From contig MU062453.1 of assembly GCA_013265495.1 (NCBI GenBank), positions 930,001 to 994,000 of the forward strand: a stretch of DNA of 64,000 nt, given 5' to 3'. The position numbers were made by a program, and so were the translations under genes. Shown here one piece after another: positions 1 through 12,570 of this stretch. Within the stretch, counting starts at the first letter, position 1, and the number at the start of each line of letters is the position of its first letter. Under the pieces are notes generated by a model, which was not told the origin of the DNA, did no database searches, and saw only the letters and a program-made list of their open reading frames with translations. This DNA is from Vicugna vicugna. Taxonomy: Eukaryota.

Positions 1-682
1 TGGCCCCTCCCCTCTTGCATCCAGTTGCATCCATCACTAAGGTTTGTCCAAATGGCTCAGAAATAGCTCTGGATCCACCCAACACTGTTCTTGGCGTCAC
101 ACCCTTAGTTGTAGTGCTAGCATTTTTTGCCTAAACTGGGACTTTAGTCTACAAAACGAGTCTTCCTGTCTGTACCTGCACCTCCCTCCATGCCACCTGC
201 CATGCTGCTGCCTGCTAGGCTCTTCCCAAGTTGTTCCTCTGCCTAACATTCTCCATGGATTCTCCTGTTCCCAGAAGGGAAAAAATCCAAGTTCCTAGCC
301 AAGCCAACTTCGTTTCTAGCCAACTTCCAATCCTGAGTTAGGAAATGAGAAGCAGGGAGACAAAACATGCCTGGTTGCAATAAAACTTCATGATGTTTGA
401 TGAATCTGAGCCCGTGTTTTCTATAATTATGCAAAAAACCATGAACATATACAATATACAGTTTTCCACTGACGGTTGACATGAAGGTAGTAGCAATATA
501 GAAATAAAAGATAACATTCCCACGAGGGACCCCAGTTATTCCTTGACACAGAACACATAGGAGATGCTCAGGAAATAAGTGTTGAGTGGATAAATAAATA
601 TGTGAAAATAAATATGACAGGGTCACAAAGCTAATTGCACTTGCATCCATCACTGTGTACAGTAAAACCCCTCCCCTTAGCT

Positions 683-897
683 CAGAGTTTCTAGACATTG
701 GCATTACCAAGATTTTGAGCTGGATAATTCTTCGTTGAGAGGAACTGTCCTGTACATTATAGAATGTTTAGCAGCATCAATGACCCCTGGCCACTACCCA
801 CTAAATGCCAGTAGCACTCCTTCCCCAGTTCTGATGACCAAAAACGTCCAGCCGTTGCCCGGGGTCCCCTCGGGGCAAAATTACCCCCAGTGGCTGC
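683..897 (-). mobile_element. MER20 (hAT-Charlie)
   Basis: cagagtttct...ctggataattcttcgttg...gaatgtttagcagcatc...ccactaaatgccagtagcac...ggggcaaaattacccc. Confidence 0.85.
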
Positions 898-1018
898 TTT
901 AGCTGATCATAGGAAGATGCTGTCCCTCTGCAGAGTTACATTGCATTCCTCCCCGCCAGCCACAGCCAGCAGTGTCCTCTCCCTTCTCCTATGTCACTCT
1001 GCTACTTGCACCCCCAGC

Positions 1019-1056
1019 ACACACACACTCTCTCTCACACACACACACACACACAC
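1019..1056. repeat. Compound (CA)n(CT)n(CA)n microsatellite
   Basis: Read directly from the sequence. Confidence 0.95.
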
Positions 1057-1499
1057 TCATGCACATCTCGCTTCAACTGCCCCCACTTTGGCATAGGAAA
1101 GTGTCAGAGAATGAAGGTTCTCTCTTACCCTCTCCCCCACCACTGTCCACTTATTGAACCCAGAACTCAGCCGCTAGTGAGGGTGTCTCCTCTCTGAAAG
1201 TCTCCAAGCATCCCGTCTCATTGAAGTCAGGAGGCATTCTGGATGCAGAGGAATGACACGGAGGAACGTGGAAACTGCCTGCCCTGTGTTATCCTGTGCC
1301 TTTGAAATCTCAGATAGGAATGGTGTGGAAAGGCTTGTAAGAAAACAACTTTAAAAAGGGCCCCTCTGGCCACACCTACAAGATTCAGGCTAGATCCGCT
1401 GCCTGAGCTCAAGGCTGGGGCTGCAGCGCACCCAAGTTTTGCTCTGGTTTGTTTAATGTTCCTTTTGGTATCATTCTGGAAAGTAATGCTATTGACTTT

Positions 1500-1925
1500 G
1501 GCTGTTGAGCATTTACTAGGCACTTGGCAAAGTATTTGGTGTCTGTACGCTCATTTCATCCACAACCCTGGAGGTGGGCACCATTATTATCCCATTTTAT
1601 AACTGAGGAGATGGAGGCTGAGAGAGACCCTTTTGCTCAAGGGACACAACTAGTAAGAGGAGTAGCTGGAATTTGATGTCGGGCGGTCTGCTTCCGGGTA
1701 GTAATAATCAGAGTAGCTAAGATTTCCTGATGTGTTTACTGGGTGCCAGGTACCGTCTGGAGCACTTTATATGCATTAACTTATTTAATCCTCCCAGCCA
1801 CCCTATGAACCAGGTCCCTTTATGGTTCCCATTGACAGGTGAAGGAACTGAGGCACAGAGAAGTTAAGTGACTTGCCCAAAATCCCATGACTGGACTTCA
1901 GTGGTCCAGCTTTTAAGCCCTGTGC
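1500..1925 (-). mobile_element. Two adjacent MIR SINE remnants
   Basis: attatcccattttataactgaggag..gaggctgagagag; ggaactgaggcacagagaagttaagtgacttgcccaa. Many further MIRs occur, e.g. near 3630-3830, 26600-26850, 29870-30100, 41150-41300, 58440-58640 and 60480-60710. Confidence 0.8.
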
Positions 1926-1932
1926 TCTAGTG

Positions 1933-2150
1933 CAGGGATGGGCAAACTATGTCTCCAGGACCAAAACCAGCCCCACTGCCTGTTTTTGTAAATAAAGTTT
2001 TACTGAGTCATGATCATGCACATTCATTGACATGGAGCTGCTTTTGCACTGCAGTGGCAGGGTTGACCAGTTGTAGCAGAGATGGTGGGACCCCTGCCGC
2101 CTTAAATATTTACTCCCTGGCTCTTTGTAGAAAACGTTTGCTAACTCCAG
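1933..2150 (+). mobile_element. MER58A (hAT-Charlie)
   Basis: cagggatgggcaaacta...cctgtttttgtaaataaagttttact...aaatatttact..ctggctctttgtagaaaacgtttgc. Confidence 0.85.
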
Positions 2151-2956
2151 CTCTAGGGCTTTCTCCAGTCACCATCCTACCACCCAAACTGTGGGACCCC
2201 CGCAGCCTGCTGGATTTGGGGTGTATTTTGTGAGTTTAAACAAGTGAGCATTTTGGCAGCTACGGGAAAGAAAGCCAGCATCCTAGGAAGTGCTGGAGAG
2301 GTGCCCTCAGAAAGCTGGCTGCTCATCTCCATCGTGCTCCTTGGAGGTTTGGTTTAAGATTGGGCCGGCAGCATGTGGGAAGGAACCTTCCTCAGCCCCT
2401 GGGGAAGAGAGAGGAATGGAAAGAAACCTAAGACTCTTTCCCCTCCGTTTATGTTATCCCAGACAAGCAAACAAATCAGCAAACACATAAGCTACTACTT
2501 TAGATCGTCTTCAGTGCTCTGGAGGAAATGAAACAGGGTGATTTGCTAGACTAGCAAATCTCCATACTCACTGGGGAATTTTTTTTAAAATGCTGATGTT
2601 CAGGCTTCACCCCTAATTCAGTTGTTTCAAAGCTGGGACTAGGCGTTGGTTTAAAAAAAAAAACCACCCAAGGTGGTTCTAAGATTCAGGAAGTTCTAAA
2701 GGTGGGTCATAGGTGATGGTGAGACAATGTTCAGTGGACGGGCAGGCAGTTTCCCTAAAGAGGTGGCCTTTGGCTAAGTCAGATGAACAATCAGAAAGAG
2801 TGCTTCAGGCAGAGGGAACGGCATGTGCAAAGGCCCAATGGTAAGAGAGAAGAAGATGCAGGGGGTTCAGCAGGACCAGAATCTGTGCTGCCAGAAGTGG
2901 GTAGGGAGAGATGAGTCTGAAGGGCTGTCAGGGCCTGGGTCTGAGAGTTCTTAAAC

Positions 2957-3190
2957 CAGTGTTGTTCAGACTGCAGGTTTGAATGCCTCAGTAAGTCATG
3001 AAATCAGTTTAGTGGGCCACAGCCGGCACTGGGGGCGGAAAAGATGGAATAGCATAGAAAATACTCGTGTTGCACATGAGGTCAATGTGGTTTCTTGAAA
3101 CTTTTATTTCAAGTTTTATAAAGGTGTACACTGCACAGCATTGTAAAATGTGTTTCTTACTGTGCGTCTCAAAGATTTTGAAAGCCACTG
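2957..3190 (+). mobile_element. Non-autonomous hAT-Charlie element inserted in an L2
   Basis: Terminal inverted repeats cagtgttgttca...tgaaagccactg; internal gaaatcagtttagtggg and tgtaaaatgtgtttcttactgtg. Subfamily not assigned. Confidence 0.6.
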
Positions 3191-5151
3191 TTTTGAGCCC
3201 CTGTGAAAGTTTGGAATTTAACCTGAGGGCAATGGAGAGCCATTAAAGAAGTTTTAGTGGGGGCATGACAAGGTCAGACTTATGTTTAAAAATCTCACTC
3301 CAGGAGCTTAGAGAACGGACTCGGGGGAGGGGGGCCATGGAGGCTGGAAGGCACCCTCAGGGGCTGCTGGACTGGGTCATAGGATACAAGGATGAGACCC
3401 AAGTGGTGTCCAGTGCACATAGGGCCCACAGGGAGCTGCTTCATGTACACATAAGAAGTTCCAGGGCAGTAAAGGGGCTGGAGGGTTGCAAGGTTGCATT
3501 TCAGGTCCTGCCTCCCACCACTCCCTGGGGAGCCCTGACCCCAGCTGGTCACCTTTTCTGTGGCCCAGGTACTGCCTGCATGGCAGACATTGGGCTTTTC
3601 TTGGAACACTTCCTCTTTGCCAGACACTCTGCTTAATGCTTTCAAGTATTAGCTCATTTAGTACCCTCACAACAACCCCATTGGTGGGTACTATTATTCC
3701 CATTTTACAGATGAAGAAACTGAGGCCCAGAGAGGATAAGTTCACAGCTATCATCAAGTTGCATAGCTGGGACACCAGCCAGACAGTGCAGCTCCAGAGT
3801 CTGCATTCTCCAGCTTCAGTAAAGGTTCCAGGGGAGCCAAAGTGCCTGAGTTTGAAATAGCTGAAGAATGTCATGAGGACTCAGTGAGCAATACATACTT
3901 TGTGCGGTGACCGGCTGGAGCTTGGTGAATGCTCGCTAAATGAGAGTTATTGGTACTATCGCAGCCTCCCAGACTCAGACAGCAGGTAAGTAGGAGAGCT
4001 GGGGTCCAAACCCACATAACTGGTGAACAGAATGGCAGCTCCACCTGCCAGGGTTCAGATTCCACCTCTGCTGCATGCCCTCTGAGTTCCTGACACGTGG
4101 GACCCGTGTTAGCTCTTGATCACAGGCACTAACAAGTCAAGGACTTATAAACGAGCCTGGCATGCACTGGAGACCCCTTTCTGAGCACGAGCTGTCAGTC
4201 TTACTATTCAAGGTCAAACAGAAATACAAGAGCCAGGGCCAAGCTTGGGGTTCAGGCTCACAGCCAGTTCACTCCTGAGCACTTGGAGCCAGTTTCAAAG
4301 GGGCTGAGACACCGAGGTTGGTTTCTCTCATGGGCCCTCACATCCCTTCTCCCCACCCAACAATGGACCCAAGTTAGAGCTTCAGGCCCAGGGGGCCCAG
4401 AGCCCAGGCCCATCAAGGCCTCAGGAGAGGGGCAGCCTCCGAGAGTGCCCCAGACAGTCCCCAGGGGCCCTGGGCCTGGGCCTGGGCCGGAGTCTGACCT
4501 GCTTTACCCTCTTCTCCCTGTCTTGTCTCAGAGAACTGTTTTCCTTGGCGTAGGACGGAGGCAGGTGACCCCACCTGGTTGGTTCAGGCCCAGGCTCGTT
4601 CAGCCTTCTAGTCACTTGGTCGTGGCCTCTTGACTTCCCTGGGTTGGCACAGCCTTGCCCGCCTTGGCTCCTGTCCGCCCTGCTGTCCCCTTCAAGTACA
4701 AGTGGCCCTTTCTAGAGCGTGTTTGTCCCGTCAAGGTTGACAGACTTCCCAAGCCACTGTCTGTTGGCGTTTGTGCGATACTCTGGCTGCCTGGCGGCTG
4801 CCGACATCTGTCACAAACCTCACCTTCTCTCGGGGTGTGGAGTCGGCTCAGGAAGCTGGGCACCGGCCGTGGTCACCCGGGATCGGGCCTGAAGAGAGAG
4901 CCGGTGCCCATGTCGGCCAGGACTAGGCAAGAGGAGGAGGTTTAAAATGCAGTGTCCGAACAAACTGCTCTTGATAACCAGCATGTGAACGAGGCAACCT
5001 CTTACCATCTCTTAAATTTTGTTCATTCTTTCTTTCATTCATTCAACAGATGTTTACTTAGCACATATTCTGGGCTCTTCTAAGCACTCGGGATAGATCA
5101 GGAACAATCAAGTTATGGTTTCTATTTTCATGGAAAATATTAGGTCTCAAG

Positions 5152-5445
5152 CAGCACCGTCCATGTCAGTCGCATGTGTGATGTGAAATTTCCTAGCAGC
5201 CATGTTAGAAAACAAGAAGCAAGTGAAATTCATATTCAGAATATATCTAATATTCTTATGAATACTAGTGTGAAGACTGGTAGCATTTCAATATGTAATC
5301 AATATTTTTATGATAACTAATGCATTAGTTTACATTTTTTGGTACTCAGTCATTGAGATTCAGGGTGTGTTTGGACACATCTCAGTTTAGACTAGCCACA
5401 TTTCAAGTGCTCAGGAGCCACACATGGCTGATGACTGATACATAG
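5152..5445. mobile_element. MER33-like (hAT-Charlie)
   Basis: gtgaaatttcctagcagccatgtt...tttcaatatgtaatcaata...tagactagccacatttcaagtgctcaggagccacacatggct. Confidence 0.75.
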
Positions 5446-6035
5446 AATCCAACGGGAAGGGTGAACATCATACAACTAAATATCCAGCTAATTATTAATT
5501 GCAGTGGTAATAAATGCCATGATTAAAAACTTCAGGGTGCAGTGAAAACTAATCCAATAAGAGTGGGTGGCAGTGGTCAGGGAAGGCTTCCTGGTGGCAG
5601 TGACATTGTCACATTTATGCAGAAACCTAAAGGAGGGTGAAGGTGAGAATCCAGGGCAGAGGGAACAGCTGTGTATCAACCCCAAGGTGGCAAGGATCTT
5701 GCTGCTTTTGAGGGACAACTGGTGGAATGCAGGTGTTGCTGGAGGGATGTGAAGGGAGAGTGGCAGGGCCACCTGGAGCAGCCAGCACGTGTCTGGTGCA
5801 GGATGAGGCCGCACTAATAATGACAGCTGGCACTTGGAGGGGCAGCTACAGCTTTTAGTTACTTCACACATTGAGAAGATCAGCTTGACCGGTGTATTGG
5901 ATTCCTCCAGGACAGCCCGTGCCGGGAGCTCCTCTTCTGGGCCAACAGACCCCTGATCTTGTTTGGTTGGCCATGTGCTCAGGCCAGAGGGAAGAAGAAT
6001 GATTAGACCAAGCCTCTTTACCATGATCCAGTTCT

Positions 6036-6105
6036 TTTTTTTTTTTTAATTGTAGTGTAGTCAGTTACAACGTGTCAGTTTCTGGTGTACAGCGTAAGTT
6101 CTCAG
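6036..6105 (-). mobile_element. 70-bp extreme 3' end of an artiodactyl/camelid-type L1
   Basis: Reverse complement matches the L1 3' ends at 10617-10680 and 56640-56700 (gctgtacaccagaaa-tgacac...gactgactaca...poly A). Perfect 14-bp TSD catgatccagttct at 6022-6035 and 6106-6119. Confidence 0.9.
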
Positions 6106-6667
6106 CATGATCCAGTTCTGATGGTTCTGACATCACAGGGGATGTCTGCTGGGGGATGCTGTTAGAGATGTTCCTCTGAGATAAAATGAAAAGGGCATGT
6201 GAAGGGAGTCCCCGTTTCTACTTCCTTCCTTCCTTCTTCCTTCCTGCTCTGGATAGGGTCATCTCAAGTTGTGTTGCTTGGACCTGTGGTTTGTGACATC
6301 TCCTGCCCATGGGAGAGGCCAGGAGATGTGCAGAGAGGTCCTAGCCTTGACATTCTTGACCCTCCTGGGTCACCATTGCCAGACACCTTGTGAATTGCAG
6401 CAATGCATGTCTGTATGGTTTACTGTGATGTGTGTTGTGTGGAATGAGCAAACATTTGCCTAGCACTTACTAGGTGCCAGGTGTTCTTCAAAGCACTTTA
6501 TCTCACGTCATCCTCCCAGCATCTCTCTTAGCCTGCTGTCCAGGTAAGCCAGAATTCATACTCAGGTTTTTTGGCTGTTTTTAACCACCATTCTAAACTG
6601 CCTCTCTGTTTCTTAATGTGTTCATTTGGGAAGTTCACTTTCCCCCTAGAACAGCATTTTTCTGAAA

Positions 6668-6879
6668 CAGGGTTTCTCAGCTTTGGCACTTTGAACATTT
6701 GGACATTTGGATCCTTTGTTGTAGGGACTGTCGTGTGTGTTGTGGGATGTTAAACAGCATCGCTGACATCTACCCACTAGATCCCAGTAGTACCCTCCCA
6801 ATTGTGACAACCAAAAATGTCTCCAGACATTGCCAAGTGACCCCTAGGGGATAAAATCACCCCCTCCTAAGAATCTCTG
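6668..6879 (-). mobile_element. MER20
   Basis: cagggtttctcagctttggcact...ctacccactagatcccagtag...gtgacaaccaaaaatgtctccagacattgccaa. Confidence 0.88.
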
Positions 6880-8999
6880 CTCCGAATGCTGTTTTGCTGC
6901 CCACCACCTGGGAAGCTCTGTATCTTTGTGCAGGCTGTTTAATCTTTTCTGGTCCTTAGTTTCCTTTTCTGTAAAAGGGGCGGGGGACAGTAGTGTTGAC
7001 CTTACAGGTTATTTTGAAGATTAAATGAGCCATCATATATAAAGCACCTAACATAGTGCATGGTGCACAGTAAGCTCTTCCTCAGTGTGAAGATTTGGCT
7101 GGGATGTCCTTCTGTCCTGTCTGTCTTCGGCTAATGGGATCTGCTACCTGAATTCTACCAGCAAGAGTGAATTCCGTGACCCACGGTGAAACCTACCAGG
7201 ATGTTGACTGTGGGAGTCAGGGGTGCCATCTGTCTTGCCCCCGCCCCAGTAGGTTCCCAGGAATTACATCAGAGCCTGGCACATAATAGGTATCCTATAT
7301 CACTTATTGGATGAATAAGTGACTTAAACCTTTGTGGATATCTATAGAACTATTGATGGGTTTTTTTTTTTTCAGTATCTCCCTTAAGGTTTCTTCCATT
7401 CTTCCTGGTCTTCCTTTGAATTTGTTTTCACTTTTTTTCATGGTGATCCAAGATGACTCTATCACATCAAATTCTAGCAAGTAAGGGTGGGGAAAGGGGG
7501 AAGTTTGCCTCACTCTTTTAAGGACATGACCTGCATGTTGAATGCATGGCTTGTGATTCCATCCTGACCATAATTTAGCCCCCTGAGCACAACCTGACTT
7601 CAGAGAAAGCTGGGGTGTTCATTCGAGGTGGCTGCATGCTGTGCTAAAAATCACAAACTCCTTGATTGTAAAAGCAGGGGAGAAGAGAAAGAATAGTGGG
7701 GATCACCTACCAAACTCTACCATGGTATCCCTCAAACTGTGAAGGATGGTTAGGACAGAACAGTGGGACGATGGGGGAATTTCTCTTTTTCCACGATATG
7801 CTGCTCTATTCAACTCTTTTATCATGAGACATTTTTTTCTTTTGTTAAAAAAAGAATTAAATATAAAAGAGCTATTGATAAATGGTTCCATGCATGATTC
7901 CCGGGACTTTATTCAGTATTCACTACTTACCAGCTGACTGTTTAGTGCCAATTACAGTAACCCTACTAGATGGTAAGGATTCAGCAGTGAGCAAGACAAA
8001 GTCCCTCAGAAAGTGAACCAATAAATAAATACACAGCATGTATTAAGATCATGGCCAGATTTGTAAAGACAAACACAGCAGGATTGGAATAGAAGATGGG
8101 GCATGTTTGGAGAGATGGGGAAATAAGTTTGATAATGTAATCAGGGAAGGCATCTCTGAGGAGGTGACATTTGAGAAAACAGTTAAGTGAAGTCAGGGAA
8201 AGCCCTGGGGAAGAGGATGTGTGGCAGAAAGAACACGTGCAAGGCCATGGGGTGGTTTGAGTAAAGCAAAACGAGCCGTGTCCCTGCGGGAGATGGGGGC
8301 AGGGCCAAGCTTCCAAGAGATGAGACTGGAGGGGTGCTCAGGGCCCACGTCAAGGAGGGCCTTGGATCTGGTGTTGTATTAAGCCATTTAGGTACGACTC
8401 TAAGTCATTATGGCCCAGAAGTGTTTTTCCTAATTATTTGCAATTATTTTCAAAATGTGGGAAAACATTCCATTGACACAACATAATGCAGGGGAGTGAA
8501 ATTTGTTCCCTGTTCAGCTCTGCCTGTCGTTAGCTCTAACCTCAGGACATTTATGGAGCTTGTCAGCCTCTCAGTTTCTTTCCTTGGAAGGGTGGAGACA
8601 AGAGTGGATTTTGTGTCCTATTCTGTTCTAAGAACTGTACAAGCCGTAAGTCATCCTCACAATGGCCCCAGGTCGTGGTGGTACCATTTACTCCCATTTG
8701 ACAGATGAGAAAATTGAGGCAGAGAAATCAAGCAAGATCCCGTACTATTGGTAAGTGGCAGAACTGGGATTTGAACTCAAGCACCCAATGGGGTCTGCTT
8801 AGTTCACGCAGCTGTTTCCGGTTCCTGCTGGCACCGCCCGCTCACAGGCTGATTGAGAAGGTCCAGGAAGAAAGATTTGTGGCAGCAATTTGCAAGAGTT
8901 TAGATGCTACACAAGCATGTTCATATGATTATAATACTCTTGGATCACTTTTTTCATTCAAAATATGTTTTTAAAAAATTTCCAAACCCCTAAGGAAAT

Positions 9000-9770
9000 C
9001 ATTGCTTCCGGCCACGAGCATCAGTGGAGGGAAACATTAGATGAAGGGGGACCTCATCATGGAGGAAGCAGGGTGTTGCTGCCTGGACCTGCTGACCCCT
9101 ATTATGTCACTAGGAGGGGGACACCTGGATATCGTGTCCCTCCTGATGAGATACAAGAGGAAGGACTCAGCACCACAAGGAAGTATTGCCTCCCCCACCC
9201 AGTTAATTCAAACCTAATCTCATTTTCAAGCAAAATCATGGGTAACATGGTAGAAAGAGAAATGAGTTAACAACACCTTGAGGAAGGAGATGGAAAAATC
9301 CGGACCATGAGATACTGTAAAAGAAAATACTTTCTTCAGCATGTCAGTAGTCTAGGAAAAAAGGGAGAGGCTATTCCAGATGAAGGAAATGGAAGAGACA
9401 CAATCAGCAAGTGTGATGTGTAGCCTTTGTTTAGATCCCGAGTCTTATAAACCAACTAAGAGCCTGTGGAGACAACGGGAAGACTGAAGATGAACTGTGT
9501 TTAAGATGGTGCAAGGAAGGATTGTGACTTTCATGATAATAGAGTGTCTAGATTTTCAAATGAAGCATGGTGGAGAAAGAAGACATCAAGAATTTGTTTT
9601 AAAACTTTTGTCAGAGAGAGACAGAGAGAGAGAAAACCAACGTAGAAAGCTTAGAAGAGACACATGGTGGCCAAATCTCAAAAACTGTTGAATCTGAGTG
9701 ATAGGTGCTCAGTGATTGGTTTTACCGTCCTGTTTGCTTTTGTGTATCATTGAGGTTTTTCAGTAAAAAA
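9000..9770 (+). mobile_element. Old L1M (L1MC-type) 3'UTR fragments
   Basis: Diverged match to recalled L1MC 3' UTR motifs (ctattccagatgaaggaa..gagacacaatc..tgtgatgtg..gatcccgag). Boundaries approximate. Confidence 0.5.
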
Positions 9771-10453
9771 AACTTCTAGCCCTCACCATGAAACCATCTT
9801 ACAAAAAAAGGGAGGGGAAAAAAACTCTCCCTGCATAAAATTGATCTAACCTCAAAACAAGAAGAAAAACCTTTAAATAATCTCATGAATGACTGACTGC
9901 CCGGCCCCTTCCATTTCAGGGTAATGATGTAATTAGAGGAGGTCCGTCATTAGGGAAGATAAATTTTAAGACATCTGCCGCTGTCGGCGGCAGATGGAGG
10001 AGGAGTAGAACCTTCAGGATCAGACATCTTGGCTTTAAATCCATCTCAGCTGCTTATCGCTGATTCTAGACGAGTGACTTAAACTTCTTATTCTTGCTTC
10101 CCGTGTCTATAAAATGGGATCTAAACTCTGCCAGTCTCAAGGGGGTTCTTGGGAAAATTACATGAGCTCAAACCTGAAGAAGCACTTAAAACACAGTGCC
10201 TAGTTCCTTGACAGTATTTGTGGCAGGAGACTATTATTATTATTTTTCAGTTTCATGATGGTCAGTGCTTCATGGGGGCAGAAATAAGGATTGGGGGAGA
10301 GTGAAGATGTTCTAATACTGAGTTTTTTAGTTTTGCTTCTTATCCTGTTTCTCCAGTGTCTTCCTCCCACACCCATCGCCTTTCACTCACATTAAAATGC
10401 CCTTGCTCTGTAGCTTCGGAGCAAGTTGCTCCCTGGTTTCAAATGGATCCGGG

Positions 10454-10722
10454 GGAAGCTTGTTGTTTATCTGTTTTATACATAGGAGTTAATATTTGCA
10501 AATCTCGAACTCCCAATTTCAGTTTCTTCTGTATAGCCCAGGGAACTGTATTGAATATCTTGTTGTAATCTACAATGAAAAAGAATATGAAAAGGAATAT
10601 ACATATGTATATGCATGACTGAAACATGACGCTGTACACCAGAAATTGACACAGCATTGTAGACTGACTACACTTCAATTTAAAAATTGAAAGAAAAAAA
10701 ACCTAAGTAAATAAATAAAATA
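10454..10722 (+). mobile_element. 5'-truncated, 5'-inverted L1 3' end
   Basis: 10521-10690 is a sense L1 3'UTR with an A tail. 10456-10520 is the reverse complement of the adjacent upstream L1 segment (compare 56490-56550). TSD aaatggatccggg (10441-10453) / aaatgggtccagg (10723-10735). Confidence 0.88.
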
Positions 10723-11219
10723 AAATGGGTCCAGGACACTGCCATGAGCTGAGGGAGTGAGTAAGAGGGAGAGGAATAGTGACAGGCAGCTGTGCTGGTG
10801 TGGTATCTGCTGAAGGCAGGGACCGGATCAAAGACAAATACCTGTGCGGTGCGAGGAACGCTGCCTCCCATCTGCTGCTGCCTGCCTGCCTGGTGGGGGA
10901 GGTCCTGGGGCTCCCCATGGCCCCGAGCACTTGACCTTCTCCATCCCTGGCAAAGGCAGACCTTCCCTTACAGTAAGAGACCCTGTCGTTTTGCTTTGTA
11001 CCTTGTTTTGTTGGTTGTGGGCTGGGGTTTTTTGTTTCATGGCTCTGCATGAGAAATAGTCTATAAAGTTCAGCGTTTTGCTCCAGGGCCCTGCTGAACC
11101 CAACCTGAAATCAGCAGAATGTGTGTGGTCCCATCTTGGTTGTCACCGCACATTGGGTGCTTTTTTTTTTTTGAAGGTTGCCTCTTGTGGTTCTAGTGAA
11201 TATCGGAAAACGCATTATA

Positions 11220-11665
11220 AAATGCCGGCATCTGAACTTGAGTCATGTTTTAAAAAAAACCCCATCTCAAGCGGCTATATACTGTATGATTCCATTTGTA
11301 TAATAGTCTTAGAGTGACATTTTAGCGATGGAGGAAGGATTAGTGATTGCCAGGGGTGAGGGGTGTTGGGGGAATGAGGGTGGGTGTGCCTCTGAAGGGG
11401 TAACACAAGAGAGATCTCTGTGGTGATGGAATAGTTCTCTCTCTTGATTGCAACAGTGGTTACATGAATCTGCAGATAAGATGCCACAGAGATACAAACA
11501 CACTGCACCAATGTCAGTATCCTGGTTTTGATATTGTACTACAGTTACGTAAGATACACTCTCCCTGGGGGAATTTGAGTGAAAGGAACCCAGGACCTCT
11601 CTGTACTATTTTTTTGTTTTTTACAACTTCTTGTGAATCTACAATGATCTCAAAATAAAAAGCAA
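11220..11665 (+). mobile_element. L1MC-type 3' end
   Basis: tatactgtatgattccattt...gtgattgccagggg...gtggtgatggaatagttct...gacctctctgtacta...caacttcttgtgaatctaca...aaaataaaaag. Confidence 0.8.
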
Positions 11666-12004
11666 AACTGGATTCTCCAAAACAAGAGGCCTTTGTTTTA
11701 CCCTCAGGGCTGAGGGATGCGTAGTAAAATTCTCCGTTTGGCTGTTTTTATTCTGCACCAGGTTCACGTGTAAGAGAATGTATCAGACCTGAGTGAGAGG
11801 GCTTAGTCTGGGGCTTGGATTCAAGACCCAGGCTGGTTTTCCTTTCTGGTAAAAGTCTTCCTAGCACTTAATCCGCTCGGCTAGAAGATGCCGCTGTGGG
11901 GGCCTATCCAAATAACTGCTGTGTCTTCCTAAGAGAGTTTTGGATTAAAGCTTTCATTCCGATCAGGGCGTGGAAAGAGTGCAAGGTGTGAGGACAGGAC
12001 ACGG

Positions 12005-12570
12005 CCATGGGGAATATAAACTGGATCAGCCACTCCAAGGGCAGTTTGCCGATGTCCCTTACAATTTTAAAGGTAGACCCAGCAGTTTCGCTTTGGAGTA
12101 TCGCCCCTGGATGACTACCTGCATGTGCACCTGAGAAGACCCATTCCAGGCAGTATGACATTAATTATAATAACCAAACCTGAGGGACCTGGGGGCTGGC
12201 TGAGAGCCCTGGGAATCCTGTCCAACGTGGCAGTTAAATGAATATGGTAGATCTCTATGTCATGACATGGAATGAACATCAAGATATTTTATTATTAGAG
12301 TGAAAAACATCCTAGAACAGAATGTACAGACCAATGACTGAGAAAAACACCTTCATAAAACACATATATAAAATAATATTGTGTATTTTTAAGGATATAT
12401 GTAAGTGTTTTTGTGTGTTTATGGCTAGAAAAAGGTCTGCAAAGCTATTCATTGTATTAGTAATTGTGGATACAGCTGGTAGAAGATAGTGACCAAATGC
12501 GACTTTAATTTTATTTAAAATTTTAAAATGTATTTAAACATTTTGAGGTGTTACCCGGGTAGTTAAAATT
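12005..12570 (+). mobile_element. L1ME-type fragment
   Basis: aatataaactggatcagccactccaagggcagtttg...gacccagcagtttc; gcagttaaatgaatatggtagatctctatg. Confidence 0.55.
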
